This document shows positions 37,014-46,053 of a stretch of DNA of 64,000 nucleotides, piece by piece. Origin of the DNA: a virus. Position numbers and translations under genes: made by a program. Each line of letters opens with the position of its first letter. Positions within the stretch are counted from its first letter, which is position 1. The stretch lies in the IMG/VR virus record IMGVR_UViG_3300042691_044733, positions 62,980-126,979 of that record. One strand, 5' to 3'. The notes beneath the pieces were generated by a model, which ran no database searches, was not told the DNA's origin, and worked only from the letters and a program-made list of their open reading frames with translations.

Positions 37014-39128
37014 TTAGTTACATTTTTTATTTTTGCAGCATGAACAATCTACATATTCTTTATCAACCTCAACAGTATTTATCGTTGGATTACACATAAT
37101 TATTTTCATAGTTACTGGTGTAGTATTATCGTAAAATTCTGGATTTCTGGTCCAATAACTAATATATGGGCAATAAGTATCTATAGGAGAAAAATAATAA
37201 TCCTGTTGTAAAGAATTATCTCTAAATATCCATTTTTCACCATCCCAATAAACAGAGTGATCTCCAGCTGAATAAACAGGTTTATCGTTTAATAAACCTA
37301 TTGAATTAATACTAACATCTAAAAATCCATATGTAACATCATCAATTACCACTCTTATGCAATCACATTCCTGTTCTCTTACTTCAAAGCATAATGCAGG
37401 ATATCCTTTTAAAGAAACTACTTTACCAAGGTAAATTGAAAGATCAACATCTGTAGTAATTACTTGTTCTGGATTAAAACAGCTAACTAGTTCATATTTA
37501 GGTTTATAACAATCAGAACATTCCGCAAATTCTTTATCAACGTTGACTGGAAATTGTAAAAGAGGGTTAATCGGATTTTCTTGGTTTATTCCAAAAGTCC
37601 AACAATCTGTTGGATATTGTTCAAAAGTAAATACTGTGCCTGGTTCAGTTCCTGAAAAACTTGGATCATTAGTAGTTATAACTACAGAAGGATCTGCACA
37701 ATTATAAAAATTATATCCTGGTAAACAAGAGTCACAATTAGCATAACTATGAGTTACAGTTACTGGAGTAATCTCTCCAATAAATACCTGATCATAAAGA
37801 GTTATATAAAAACACGCATCACCATATCCTTCTAATTTTATAACAGTACCCATATACTCAGATAAATCTGTATCTGTAGTTATCTGTAGTTCTCCACTAC
37901 ATTCAATAAGAACATAAAGGCAAGGTATAAATGGTTCTGTTACAGTGCACTTACAACCACCTTTTGCGTCATCTGTTTGTACTTTAGTACATCCTTGTGC
38001 ACAATTTGGTAAAAATGGATTTGTACCTTTACAATGACCTGTTGTTGGTTCATAAGTATATCCATCAGGACATAATGGTCCTGAAACTATTTCTTTAATA
38101 CAAATAGATTTACCATCTTGTGGTTTTGTATATCCTGGAGGACAAACCCCACATTCAAAATTTTCAGTTGAATCTAAACCATTACTCCTACCGCTTTGTG
38201 TATAACTACTCAAAACACCTGCATTGTCACCAGTTATAAATTTTGCAATAGGAGATGCATTTAATAAATGGTAATCTAAATCTTTTAATTTTTTATAAAA
38301 TACCTGATTACCAGATGATAAATCATTAGCACCCATGTCTGGAATTATTAAATTCCAGACACCATCTCCTATATCTTGATATATTTTAGAATTTGATCCA
38401 GATGAACTACTTGCTAGGTAGGTATAAAAATAATTAATTTCATCTACTTGTAATAAGAAAAATGAATCTGAATTTTCAACCATTGAAATATTAAACGTAG
38501 AACCACCATCAATAGAATAATATATTGTAGATGAAGTGGTTCCATTTCTAACAGCAATATATATTCTATTATTTGTTGCTGCAATTGATGTAATTGCAGA
38601 ATTAGCTTCAATTGGTGCACCTGTGTTTAATGCTGACCAGGTATTCCCACCATCAGTAGTTTTAAATAACTTATCAAATATACCTATGTATCCAACAGCA
38701 GGGTTTAGGAAATGAAGTGCTCTTGCAAAAATCGTAGGATCCCCAGGAAGTCCATATATTTGACTTGCTGTTTGAGCAATATTATAAAAGTTTGCTCCTC
38801 CATTATTACTTAATGCAATATAATCTCCAGCAATAATTACTTTATTATTGTCAATAAATTTACCAATTGCCCAAGAAACTCCATTAGTACCTAATATAGG
38901 ATTCCATGTAATTCCTCCATCTGTTGATCTATAAACGCCATCACCATTATTAAATAAGATTAGGACATTATCAATATCATAATTTGGAGCTACCAAAGCA
39001 TTAATATTTCCAACAGCTAATGTAAAGTTTGGATGAAAATCTGTAAATCCAGTATTAACATCATATGAGAACATTAATGCATTAGAGGGGCTACCTGTTG
39101 CAAGAGCATATGCTTTAAATATTGACAT
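37014..39128 (-). CDS. BNR/Asp-box beta-propeller protein with EGF-like and Cys-rich repeats (putative receptor-binding/decoration protein)
   Basis: Asp-boxes STDGGITW, SNNGGANF, TTDGGNTW, SIDGGSTF; CPPGY/CPDGY EGF-like units; three Cys modules. Confidence 0.7.
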   Translation of the reverse strand: MSIFKAYALATGSPSNALMFSYDVNTGFTDFHPNFTLAVGNINALVAPNYDIDNVLILFNNGDGVYRSTDGGITWNPILGTNGVSWAIGKFIDNNKVIIAGDYIALSNNGGANFYNIAQTASQIYGLPGDPTIFARALHFLNPAVGYIGIFDKLFKTTDGGNTWSALNTGAPIEANSAITSIAATNNRIYIAVRNGTTSSTIYYSIDGGSTFNISMVENSDSFFLLQVDEINYFYTYLASSSSGSNSKIYQDIGDGVWNLIIPDMGANDLSSGNQVFYKKLKDLDYHLLNASPIAKFITGDNAGVLSSYTQSGRSNGLDSTENFECGVCPPGYTKPQDGKSICIKEIVSGPLCPDGYTYEPTTGHCKGTNPFLPNCAQGCTKVQTDDAKGGCKCTVTEPFIPCLYVLIECSGELQITTDTDLSEYMGTVIKLEGYGDACFYITLYDQVFIGEITPVTVTHSYANCDSCLPGYNFYNCADPSVVITTNDPSFSGTEPGTVFTFEQYPTDCWTFGINQENPINPLLQFPVNVDKEFAECSDCYKPKYELVSCFNPEQVITTDVDLSIYLGKVVSLKGYPALCFEVREQECDCIRVVIDDVTYGFLDVSINSIGLLNDKPVYSAGDHSVYWDGEKWIFRDNSLQQDYYFSPIDTYCPYISYWTRNPEFYDNTTPVTMKIIMCNPTINTVEVDKEYVDCSCCKNKKCN

Positions 39129-39268
39129 TAGTGTTCTTCTAGTTTTGTTTTATTATCTTTTTCTTTAGCAAGTTTATTAATACACTTAGTACATCCTTGC
39201 TTTCCATTTGCTAAAACTCTTTTTTGACATCCGCATGTAATAGCAGATCCACAATTTTCACATTTCAT
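39128..39268 (-). CDS. Small 6-Cys protein (46 aa), putative metal-binding
   Basis: Not in the ORF track. MKCENCGSAITCGCQKRVLANGKQGCTKCINKLAKEKDNKTKLEEH; stop overlaps the next start (TAATG). Confidence 0.7.
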   Translation of the reverse strand: MKCENCGSAITCGCQKRVLANGKQGCTKCINKLAKEKDNKTKLEEH

Positions 39269-39285
39269 AATTTATTGGTTTTTAA

Positions 39286-39840
39286 TTATTTACATGATGA
39301 ACAGCCACATCCACAAGCAAGTTTATCAAGCTTTTTAATAACATAGTTATACATCTGCATTCCTTGTTCAGGTTTATGGCAGAATTCAACTTGAGCTTTT
39401 GCTGCTTTTAGTAATACTGTTAATATTTGAATTTGTTTTATTGCTTCCTGAATTTTTTCATTGTAATCAGGACGCAAATTTAAACAACAAAGAATTTCAT
39501 TTATTTTAATTAATGCCTTTGTTATTCTTAAATGGTTGTATTCAACATACACTTTATCATTAGGACTAACACTCCATTTAATTACATAAATACCATCTGT
39601 AAAATCATTGTGATATGTTTCACAATTTGCTGTTTGTAACCCAATATCACATGCTGATAAATTAACAGTAAAGTTCTGCTCTAGATCCTCTACCACAAAA
39701 GGTTCAACAAAACCTGGAGGTGTTATCTCTAAAATAGGGCATTCATAAGGAACAAGTGAATTATAAATACTTGCATCCCTAATATGTATAATTTGTGATA
39801 CTAATGTATCTGGAACGTCTAAACCTAATTGATGTTTCAT
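39286..39840 (-). CDS. Putative structural protein
   Basis: 184 aa. DGIYVIKWSVSP; Cys-rich C-terminus CGCGCSSCK; located in the virion module. Confidence 0.55.
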   Translation of the reverse strand: MKHQLGLDVPDTLVSQIIHIRDASIYNSLVPYECPILEITPPGFVEPFVVEDLEQNFTVNLSACDIGLQTANCETYHNDFTDGIYVIKWSVSPNDKVYVEYNHLRITKALIKINEILCCLNLRPDYNEKIQEAIKQIQILTVLLKAAKAQVEFCHKPEQGMQMYNYVIKKLDKLACGCGCSSCK

Positions 39841-39852
39841 ATGCTCTAAAAT

Positions 39853-39890
39853 AAAAAACAGGAGAGGAGAGCTTAACTCCCTCTCCTGTT
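39853..39890 (-). terminator. Rho-independent terminator
   Basis: AACAGGAGAGG...CCTCTCCTGTT stem with a U-tract on the minus strand, downstream of the 430-aa gene. Confidence 0.8.
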
Positions 39891-39909
39891 ATTATAAGTT
39901 AATAGTTGT

Positions 39910-41202
39910 TTAATCTTCAAAAACTGGTAATACTCTCTCACAAGCATCTGCACAGTTCATAGTTTCCAACTGCACACAGTCAGCACCATTTGCATTCTCC
40001 AACCAAGTATTTACAAAATCTTCAAAATCTGTATCAGGAGATTCAACTATAATCTCAAGCAGGTATTGATCATTATCAAACACACCAGTTGGGTTGTTGA
40101 AACGCGGTACAGAGTGTTGAATGTAGTATCTGTAGTAACTTGAAGTTCTTGAGATAGTATCAGTTACATCATAACCTTGAGTAATCTCGCGGATACGCAG
40201 ATCCATTCCAGTATTGAAGAAAGTTTGACCATATGCTTCAGAAAGAATTAACTCTCTTACAATGTTCTCACCAAATCCACTTCCTTGAATAGGAGCACAG
40301 GTTTTATTTACACACAATCCAGTGAATGCACAAGGATCACCGTTATAATCAACTTCAGAAGCAAGAACAACAACTGGTTCAAGTTTTGCGATAATTGAAT
40401 CACTTGGATAGAAAGTGCAATCTCCAAAAGTAGTATCAACATAAGCACCATTTATGATAAGACCTGCAAGTGTATCTGCTGGAGTAGGATTTGCTGGAAG
40501 TGCAGTAGTTCCATTGATGTAACCAAGCAGAGTTGCTAAGTTAGCTTCAGAAGAGGTACCATCTCCAAGTTGCAACCAGCTAACACCAGCATCAATGCTG
40601 TAAGTAACTTGTACTTGAACAAATGGATTAATCAAAGGACTTCTAAGGAAATTGTAAGCCCACTGAACATAAACCATCAAAGGGTTAACAGCAGTTGGAG
40701 TTTCTGGATCTTCACAACAACCAGTGTAAGCATCAGCAGTAAAGTAAGTATTACGTGTCAAGAAACGCAATACAGGTGAACCTTTAATATCAAGACGCAT
40801 GTAGTATGTTTGACCACACATAAATTGTTTTTCACATGCACCAGGAGTTTCATAGTTCTCAACATTCAAACCAATAGTTACTTGAGTTTGTTGAGGATTA
40901 CATGGGTCAACACGATAAAACTTACGAACATACTTTGGGTTAATGGTCTTTGATTTTACTGACTCCTTGTATCCACCATGAAATGGACCAATTTTGTCAT
41001 TGCTATAAATAGATCCTGCTGCAAGCACCAGTGGACATTTGAGAGTAGTAGTACCATCAAGTGTAGCTGGAACTGCCCAGGTATTAGGGTCAACAAAGGT
41101 AAATTCTCCCTTTGTTAATGCAGATGTAGTGGTAGCCGCAGTTTTAACGAAGGCATCTGTACCAACGAAAACTTTATTAAAGGCATGATTAAAATAAGAC
41201 AT
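39910..41202 (-). CDS. Abundant structural protein (auxiliary capsid/decoration type)
   Basis: 430 aa, beta-rich, followed by a strong terminator, near the MCP as in crAss-like genomes. Confidence 0.6.
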   Translation of the reverse strand: MSYFNHAFNKVFVGTDAFVKTAATTTSALTKGEFTFVDPNTWAVPATLDGTTTLKCPLVLAAGSIYSNDKIGPFHGGYKESVKSKTINPKYVRKFYRVDPCNPQQTQVTIGLNVENYETPGACEKQFMCGQTYYMRLDIKGSPVLRFLTRNTYFTADAYTGCCEDPETPTAVNPLMVYVQWAYNFLRSPLINPFVQVQVTYSIDAGVSWLQLGDGTSSEANLATLLGYINGTTALPANPTPADTLAGLIINGAYVDTTFGDCTFYPSDSIIAKLEPVVVLASEVDYNGDPCAFTGLCVNKTCAPIQGSGFGENIVRELILSEAYGQTFFNTGMDLRIREITQGYDVTDTISRTSSYYRYYIQHSVPRFNNPTGVFDNDQYLLEIIVESPDTDFEDFVNTWLENANGADCVQLETMNCADACERVLPVFED

Positions 41203-41268
41203 AAATTTTTGTTTTAAGGGTTATATACAATTAATTCAATATAATTAATATTTACTATTATTCCAAAT

Positions 41269-41811
41269 TTATCCTGACATTTTCTCATCGAGAAGTCGTA
41301 ATGCAATTTTATCTGTACCGAATGCTTCTAATTGATCCATCCAGTTTTGCATTTTATTATGCTCTTCAACTTGTTCTTTTAAATATTTAAGTGCTAATTC
41401 ATAAAGCATATGATCACCTTTTTTAAAAGCTTCAGTCGCAAGATCTTTACACTGTTTAGATACTTCAATTTCATGGTCGTAAGAAAGTTTAATTATTTCT
41501 GGTAAACCCGAAAATAGTTGCTGCTGCATTGATAATGCAGGTGTTTGAGGTTGAACCCCAAAGGAAAGTAAATATTCTCTTGACCAGTCTGCGTGAGTTA
41601 GTTCTTCATTAGAATATTGTTTCCATAATTTTGCAGCACCTTCATATCCTTTATTATTTAACCATAAAGACATTGAAAGATAAAGTCTAGAACTTAATTC
41701 CTCTTGTTCTATTCTATAATTCAAATACTTAACACACTCCTCGGATAACAGAAAATTAGGAGCTGCTGTAGGAGGTATTTTTTGAAGTCGAGATATTTTG
41801 TGTTCTATCAT
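41269..41811 (-). CDS. ftnA: Non-haem ferritin (FtnA-like)
   Basis: EELSSRLYLSMSLW..G.EG.AK..EELTHA..HEIEVS..EQVEE matches the ferroxidase-centre pattern of bacterial ferritins. Confidence 0.88.
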   Translation of the reverse strand: MIEHKISRLQKIPPTAAPNFLLSEECVKYLNYRIEQEELSSRLYLSMSLWLNNKGYEGAAKLWKQYSNEELTHADWSREYLLSFGVQPQTPALSMQQQLFSGLPEIIKLSYDHEIEVSKQCKDLATEAFKKGDHMLYELALKYLKEQVEEHNKMQNWMDQLEAFGTDKIALRLLDEKMSG

Positions 41812-42509
41812 TTATTTTCTTCTATTTTTTGATTAAGTCTTTGATATTGATTTGTAGATTCAATATCACCTGAAATTATCTGAGCACAAATGTCTATTAA
41901 AAGTTCTGTAATATCTTCTTTAAATTCACATTCTATATCTACTGTAGAGGTATTGAAAGTATAAGGATTGACACAATCAAGTATTTGTATTTTCTCTGGT
42001 AGTCTATAGTATGTTAAAGTACATTCATCAATACTGAACTCTCCATTTGTATAAATTCTCAGTTTATTATCTACTACTGTAACAACTGTTTCACCCCATT
42101 CGTAGTTGGGTTTCTTTAATTCATCATTTAAAATAATATCAATATTTGATTCTTCAACCAAATAAGTTATCATTTTTTTAGGTTTATCACAGCAAGAATT
42201 ACTTGAAATCAGAGTCACCCTTTTGTATTCCATAAAATCCTCTGGGAGTAACTCTGATTCATAGTAATTTCCACGATTAACAGTAAGTAGTTTTTCAGTT
42301 TTAACAAGAACCTGTAAATCATCAATAGATCTAACAGATTGATCATTACCAGGTGTAGCAGTTTTTGGTGCAATCTTTTCTCTACACCAAGTAATCATTC
42401 CTTTATTAAATGCTTCAACAATTTGCCAACACTCAATGTTATCATAGTCTTGACTTGATAATTTATTGACTCGTTGTTTTACTTTTAACTGTAACGTATT
42501 GTTAAGCAT
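41808..42509 (-). CDS. Head-tail adaptor/ring protein
   Basis: 233 aa. LPEDFMEY..LTYYRLPEKI..ECEF..LLIDICAQI; crAss-like ring protein position. Confidence 0.6.
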   Translation of the reverse strand: MLNNTLQLKVKQRVNKLSSQDYDNIECWQIVEAFNKGMITWCREKIAPKTATPGNDQSVRSIDDLQVLVKTEKLLTVNRGNYYESELLPEDFMEYKRVTLISSNSCCDKPKKMITYLVEESNIDIILNDELKKPNYEWGETVVTVVDNKLRIYTNGEFSIDECTLTYYRLPEKIQILDCVNPYTFNTSTVDIECEFKEDITELLIDICAQIISGDIESTNQYQRLNQKIEENK

Positions 42510-42517
42510 CTAATTAA

Positions 42518-42664
42518 TTAATGACAGGGTTCAACTTTTGCTGGTGAATTAGTTCCACCAACTCTTCCACCTGGCTTAGTTTGTACTTCTAGTTTTGGAC
42601 TTTTAGTTGGTCCTACACCATTTGAACCAGGTTTAGTTTGTACGGTTGCGGGTTTGTTTTTCAT
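42518..42664 (-). CDS. Small Gly/Pro/Lys-rich protein with a duplicated VQTKPG motif
   Basis: Likely start MKNKPATVQTKPG at 42664, just after the upstream stop; internal repeat. Confidence 0.5.
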   Translation of the reverse strand: MKNKPATVQTKPGSNGVGPTKSPKLEVQTKPGGRVGGTNSPAKVEPCH

Positions 42665-42668
42665 ATTA

Positions 42669-43679
42669 TTAACTATTCCATTGTTTTTCAACTTTATTGA
42701 GAACATCTCCTAAGATCTGGTCATTGATTGGGTTTTTAAGAAACTCAAGTACATCACTTGCATTTCTACCAAGCATGGCATTACTTTCAGTGTGGTAAAT
42801 AAAACCATCTGATTTTAAGATAATTATCTTATAAAACAATGCATCTTTAATAACTGATCTTAGTTTTAATGTCTCCATATCTTGTGCAGCAGCATTCAAG
42901 AAATCTTGCGATGCTCTGTATGCAGATTTTTCAAAACTAAGCCCATTAATGAAATTATCCATGTTTTCATAAATAACATCATTAGGAGTATCTTTTTTGT
43001 ATTGTACACTATTGAGATCAACAATTTTAGCAACATACTTCAGTTTAACTGGAGTTTTGTCATACAATTTTTGAAGTTCTGAAAGTGCTTTATTTTTGAT
43101 TTTCTTCATCTCAGTTTTTGTAGAAACTGTATCAATGAATCTATCAAGGAAAAACTTAGGAGCAACTTGTCTATTTTTAGCATCCTCGTATGATTTTGCT
43201 ACAAGACTAAATCCACCTGCATCTATAGCATGGAGTTTGATCCTATCAAATACGTTAGCAACTGGATCAAGGAATACAGGATCATTGCCACATCTCAGTG
43301 TAATTTTTGACCAAAATTCATCGTTATCTGGTCTTAACAATTTTACTTTATTCCAGAATTGTGGGTCCTCTGGATCTATAACATTGGATGCAATTTCTTT
43401 TTCAATTTCAGAAACTGCTTTTCTAATTTCTTTAATTTTTGCCTCCCTTAATTCTTCATCGGGAATTTTTTTAATTTCTGGAGCAAACTCATTGAGACCT
43501 GTTAAGTATCTTTTTACACCATTTGCTTCAATACAAGCTAATTGCTCTTCATGATATACATTATCAAAAAGTACTTGGTTAGCTCTTTCAAGTCCCATAT
43601 TTTGGGAGTTTGTAATAAAAGGTTTAATACTTATTGAACCTGATTTACTTTTAATATTATATTCTGCTACTGTTATCAT
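42669..43679 (-). CDS. Conserved crAss-like protein downstream of the MCP
   Basis: 336-aa ORF in the conserved position after the MCP; function unknown. Confidence 0.55.
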   Translation of the reverse strand: MITVAEYNIKSKSGSISIKPFITNSQNMGLERANQVLFDNVYHEEQLACIEANGVKRYLTGLNEFAPEIKKIPDEELREAKIKEIRKAVSEIEKEIASNVIDPEDPQFWNKVKLLRPDNDEFWSKITLRCGNDPVFLDPVANVFDRIKLHAIDAGGFSLVAKSYEDAKNRQVAPKFFLDRFIDTVSTKTEMKKIKNKALSELQKLYDKTPVKLKYVAKIVDLNSVQYKKDTPNDVIYENMDNFINGLSFEKSAYRASQDFLNAAAQDMETLKLRSVIKDALFYKIIILKSDGFIYHTESNAMLGRNASDVLEFLKNPINDQILGDVLNKVEKQWNS

Positions 43680-43706
43680 TTCTTTTTTTGGTTTTTAAAA
43701 AATTTG

Positions 43707-43738
43707 ATTAATGGGGGGAATAAACTCCCCCCATTAAT
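43707..43738 (-). terminator. Strong hairpin downstream of the MCP (terminator/stabiliser)
   Basis: ATTAATGGGGGGA-ataaac-TCCCCCCATTAAT, a 13-bp perfect stem. Confidence 0.75.
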
Positions 43739-43786
43739 ACTTGTCGGGTTTAAAAGTTACACACCTGCACGGCAGTGTAATATTAA

Positions 43787-45415
43787 TTAGAACGATCCAC
43801 CTGTAATAGGGTTTCTCATTACAATTTTCAAAACTTTGGTTGGGTCTTTTACCCAAATTGCTGGCATTGTTTGAGTCATATAAACTCGGTAACCATTGAA
43901 TTGACCAGAACTTTGGAATCCTTGGTGACGACCCATGTAATCCATTGTTCCGTTTTGGTACCACCATTTCAGTTGATTATCCCATTTAAGTTTCAACAGG
44001 AAGATGTTATCATTTGTATTATCAGTAATATCAAAGATAACAAAGTTGTAACTTGAAAGTGGGAAACCATCAATGATTGGGTTCTCAATATCATTTGTGT
44101 GAACGTTATCAAATGCAGGGTTAATTACAAACTTAACGTTTGCTAAGAATGGGATCACATAGCTAGTAAATGCAAATCCAAAGTTCAGATCCATTCCTTT
44201 ACCAGTGATAGCACCAATACCTGCATCACTTGCAGCTTGGATAACCAAACCAGAGTTAACTGCTTCTTTCTTGATAGCTTCATTAACAAGTCTCATACCT
44301 CCAAGACCAGTCTGAACAATCAGTTGTCTTTTTGGATCAGGACCAGCAAACTCAACTTTACCATTATAGAAGTTATAAAGCTCTGATCTAAACAAATCAA
44401 GGTTAAAACCTGATTTATTATAAATACGTTTGAATGAGTTGTCAAGTTGTTTCCAAAGACCTACAGACAATCTTACATCATCTGGACCATCTTGTTTAAC
44501 CTTACCACCTTGTCCCCACATCAGATATGTTTCAATATCATTAGAGATTTTAGACAAGTGACGTGCTTCAAGTGTAGTCAAGAAAGTTCTGCTAAGAGAA
44601 CCATTTGATACTGCTTTTTTGAAGAAGTCTTTACCCATTTTCTTAATGTAAGAATCCAAGTTAGTGATAGAAGGGTCAATGTTCTGGTCAAAGTTTCTCC
44701 AGATTTCTGTAACAGGTACAGTACCATCTGCATTCATTCCACCTTTAATCATCATGTCTGCACGTGAACTTACGGAGTAATGTACGTGTGCTTCAGCACC
44801 ACCCACAAAATTGTAGTACTCACGGAAACCTGATTGAACTTGAAGGTCGGAGAAACGCTCACCATACTCTCCTCTTGCAGAACCTTTTCTGAAGATTTTA
44901 GTTCCTGAAGCAAGATATTTGTTATCAAGGAATTTAACACTGTCGTTGTTCACAAGTTGAACTGTGTAAATAAAACCTTCACTACCATAAGGGATGATGT
45001 CCTCGCTAGGAACTACATACATCTCAGCACCAGAGTATTTATCATAAGTGATGATATCACCATGACCAAATTCTCTACGTGAAAGTTTTATTTTAAAAGT
45101 AGTACCATCAATACCTTTAGTGGTATTACTTGGTTCAATATCTTCCAAAATGTAAGGAAGATCCTGAACTACAGGTACTTGCCATTTATATTCACCACGT
45201 GGGTGGTCAACTTCAATGACATTTTTTCCATTAAAATTGGACATTTGGTACAGAGGCATTTCTACCTTTTGTGCCATTGCCCACAAATCAACAGGACCCA
45301 TATCCATAGGTTCTGATGTTCTCAGCATATTCTGAAGGTGATAAGAATCAACATGTGAAGATGCTTGATAATTTGTATCACGTAGGAATATACCATTGTT
45401 TAAAACTGGTGTCAT
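43787..45415 (-). CDS. Major capsid protein
   Basis: 542 aa. Follows portal and scaffold, followed by a strong hairpin. IETYLMWG..GLWKQL and TGLGGMRL motifs resemble crAss-like MCPs. Confidence 0.85.
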   Translation of the reverse strand: MTPVLNNGIFLRDTNYQASSHVDSYHLQNMLRTSEPMDMGPVDLWAMAQKVEMPLYQMSNFNGKNVIEVDHPRGEYKWQVPVVQDLPYILEDIEPSNTTKGIDGTTFKIKLSRREFGHGDIITYDKYSGAEMYVVPSEDIIPYGSEGFIYTVQLVNNDSVKFLDNKYLASGTKIFRKGSARGEYGERFSDLQVQSGFREYYNFVGGAEAHVHYSVSSRADMMIKGGMNADGTVPVTEIWRNFDQNIDPSITNLDSYIKKMGKDFFKKAVSNGSLSRTFLTTLEARHLSKISNDIETYLMWGQGGKVKQDGPDDVRLSVGLWKQLDNSFKRIYNKSGFNLDLFRSELYNFYNGKVEFAGPDPKRQLIVQTGLGGMRLVNEAIKKEAVNSGLVIQAASDAGIGAITGKGMDLNFGFAFTSYVIPFLANVKFVINPAFDNVHTNDIENPIIDGFPLSSYNFVIFDITDNTNDNIFLLKLKWDNQLKWWYQNGTMDYMGRHQGFQSSGQFNGYRVYMTQTMPAIWVKDPTKVLKIVMRNPITGGSF

Positions 45416-45429
45416 GTTTAAAAAAATTA

Positions 45430-46029
45430 TTAATTGTTTGTTTTATTGTTTACTAAATATTTAAAATTTTCTGGCATTTTTTCATCTGGTTTTAAAAACT
45501 TAACTATTTTACCATCTGTTATTTTTTTATAACCTTTTGTAGATTTATTGCCGAGGTGTGCTAAAGACATTTTATTTTTTGTTTCTTCAGACCATTTTTT
45601 ACCTAAATTGTTTTTATGTCCTTTTCTGGAATCTGAAAATTTTTGTTTTTGTTCTTCATCCCACTTATGATTAAGTGCATATTTGTTACCTATCATTCTT
45701 AATTTTAAAAGTTGTTTATTTTCTTCACTTATAAAACCTTTAATGGAACCAGACCCAAAATTAAGAACATTTGCTAATGTTCCAGATTTATCTATTATTT
45801 TACCATATAATTCTATAAATTCTTTTTCTTTTTCAATAGCTTGTTCAAAAGTTAAATCTTCTAATATAATCTCAACTTTATACTTTCCAGAATTTTTATT
45901 TACAATATTTAACCATAATTTATTACGACGTTTATCTTTAGATCTATTATAAGTTTTTGAAAACTTTCCTAAACCTATATAAAAAACTTGGTTTTTATCT
46001 GGTCGTATATGTCTATATATATAATACAT
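45430..46029 (-). CDS. Free-standing GIY-YIG homing endonuclease with NUMOD3-type repeats
   Basis: YYIYRH..VFYIGLG..R..AIEKE..LAN catalytic domain; HKWDEEQKQKFS and KKWSEETKNKMS repeats; very AT-rich. Confidence 0.85.
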   Translation of the reverse strand: MYYIYRHIRPDKNQVFYIGLGKFSKTYNRSKDKRRNKLWLNIVNKNSGKYKVEIILEDLTFEQAIEKEKEFIELYGKIIDKSGTLANVLNFGSGSIKGFISEENKQLLKLRMIGNKYALNHKWDEEQKQKFSDSRKGHKNNLGKKWSEETKNKMSLAHLGNKSTKGYKKITDGKIVKFLKPDEKMPENFKYLVNNKTNN

Positions 46030-46053
46030 TCAATTTAAATTGTTTGCATTTTA

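Noticed and set aside
33189-39128. Diversity-generating retroelement targeting fibre genes
   Set aside because: No reverse transcriptase and no TR/VR near-duplicate pair noticed in this window.
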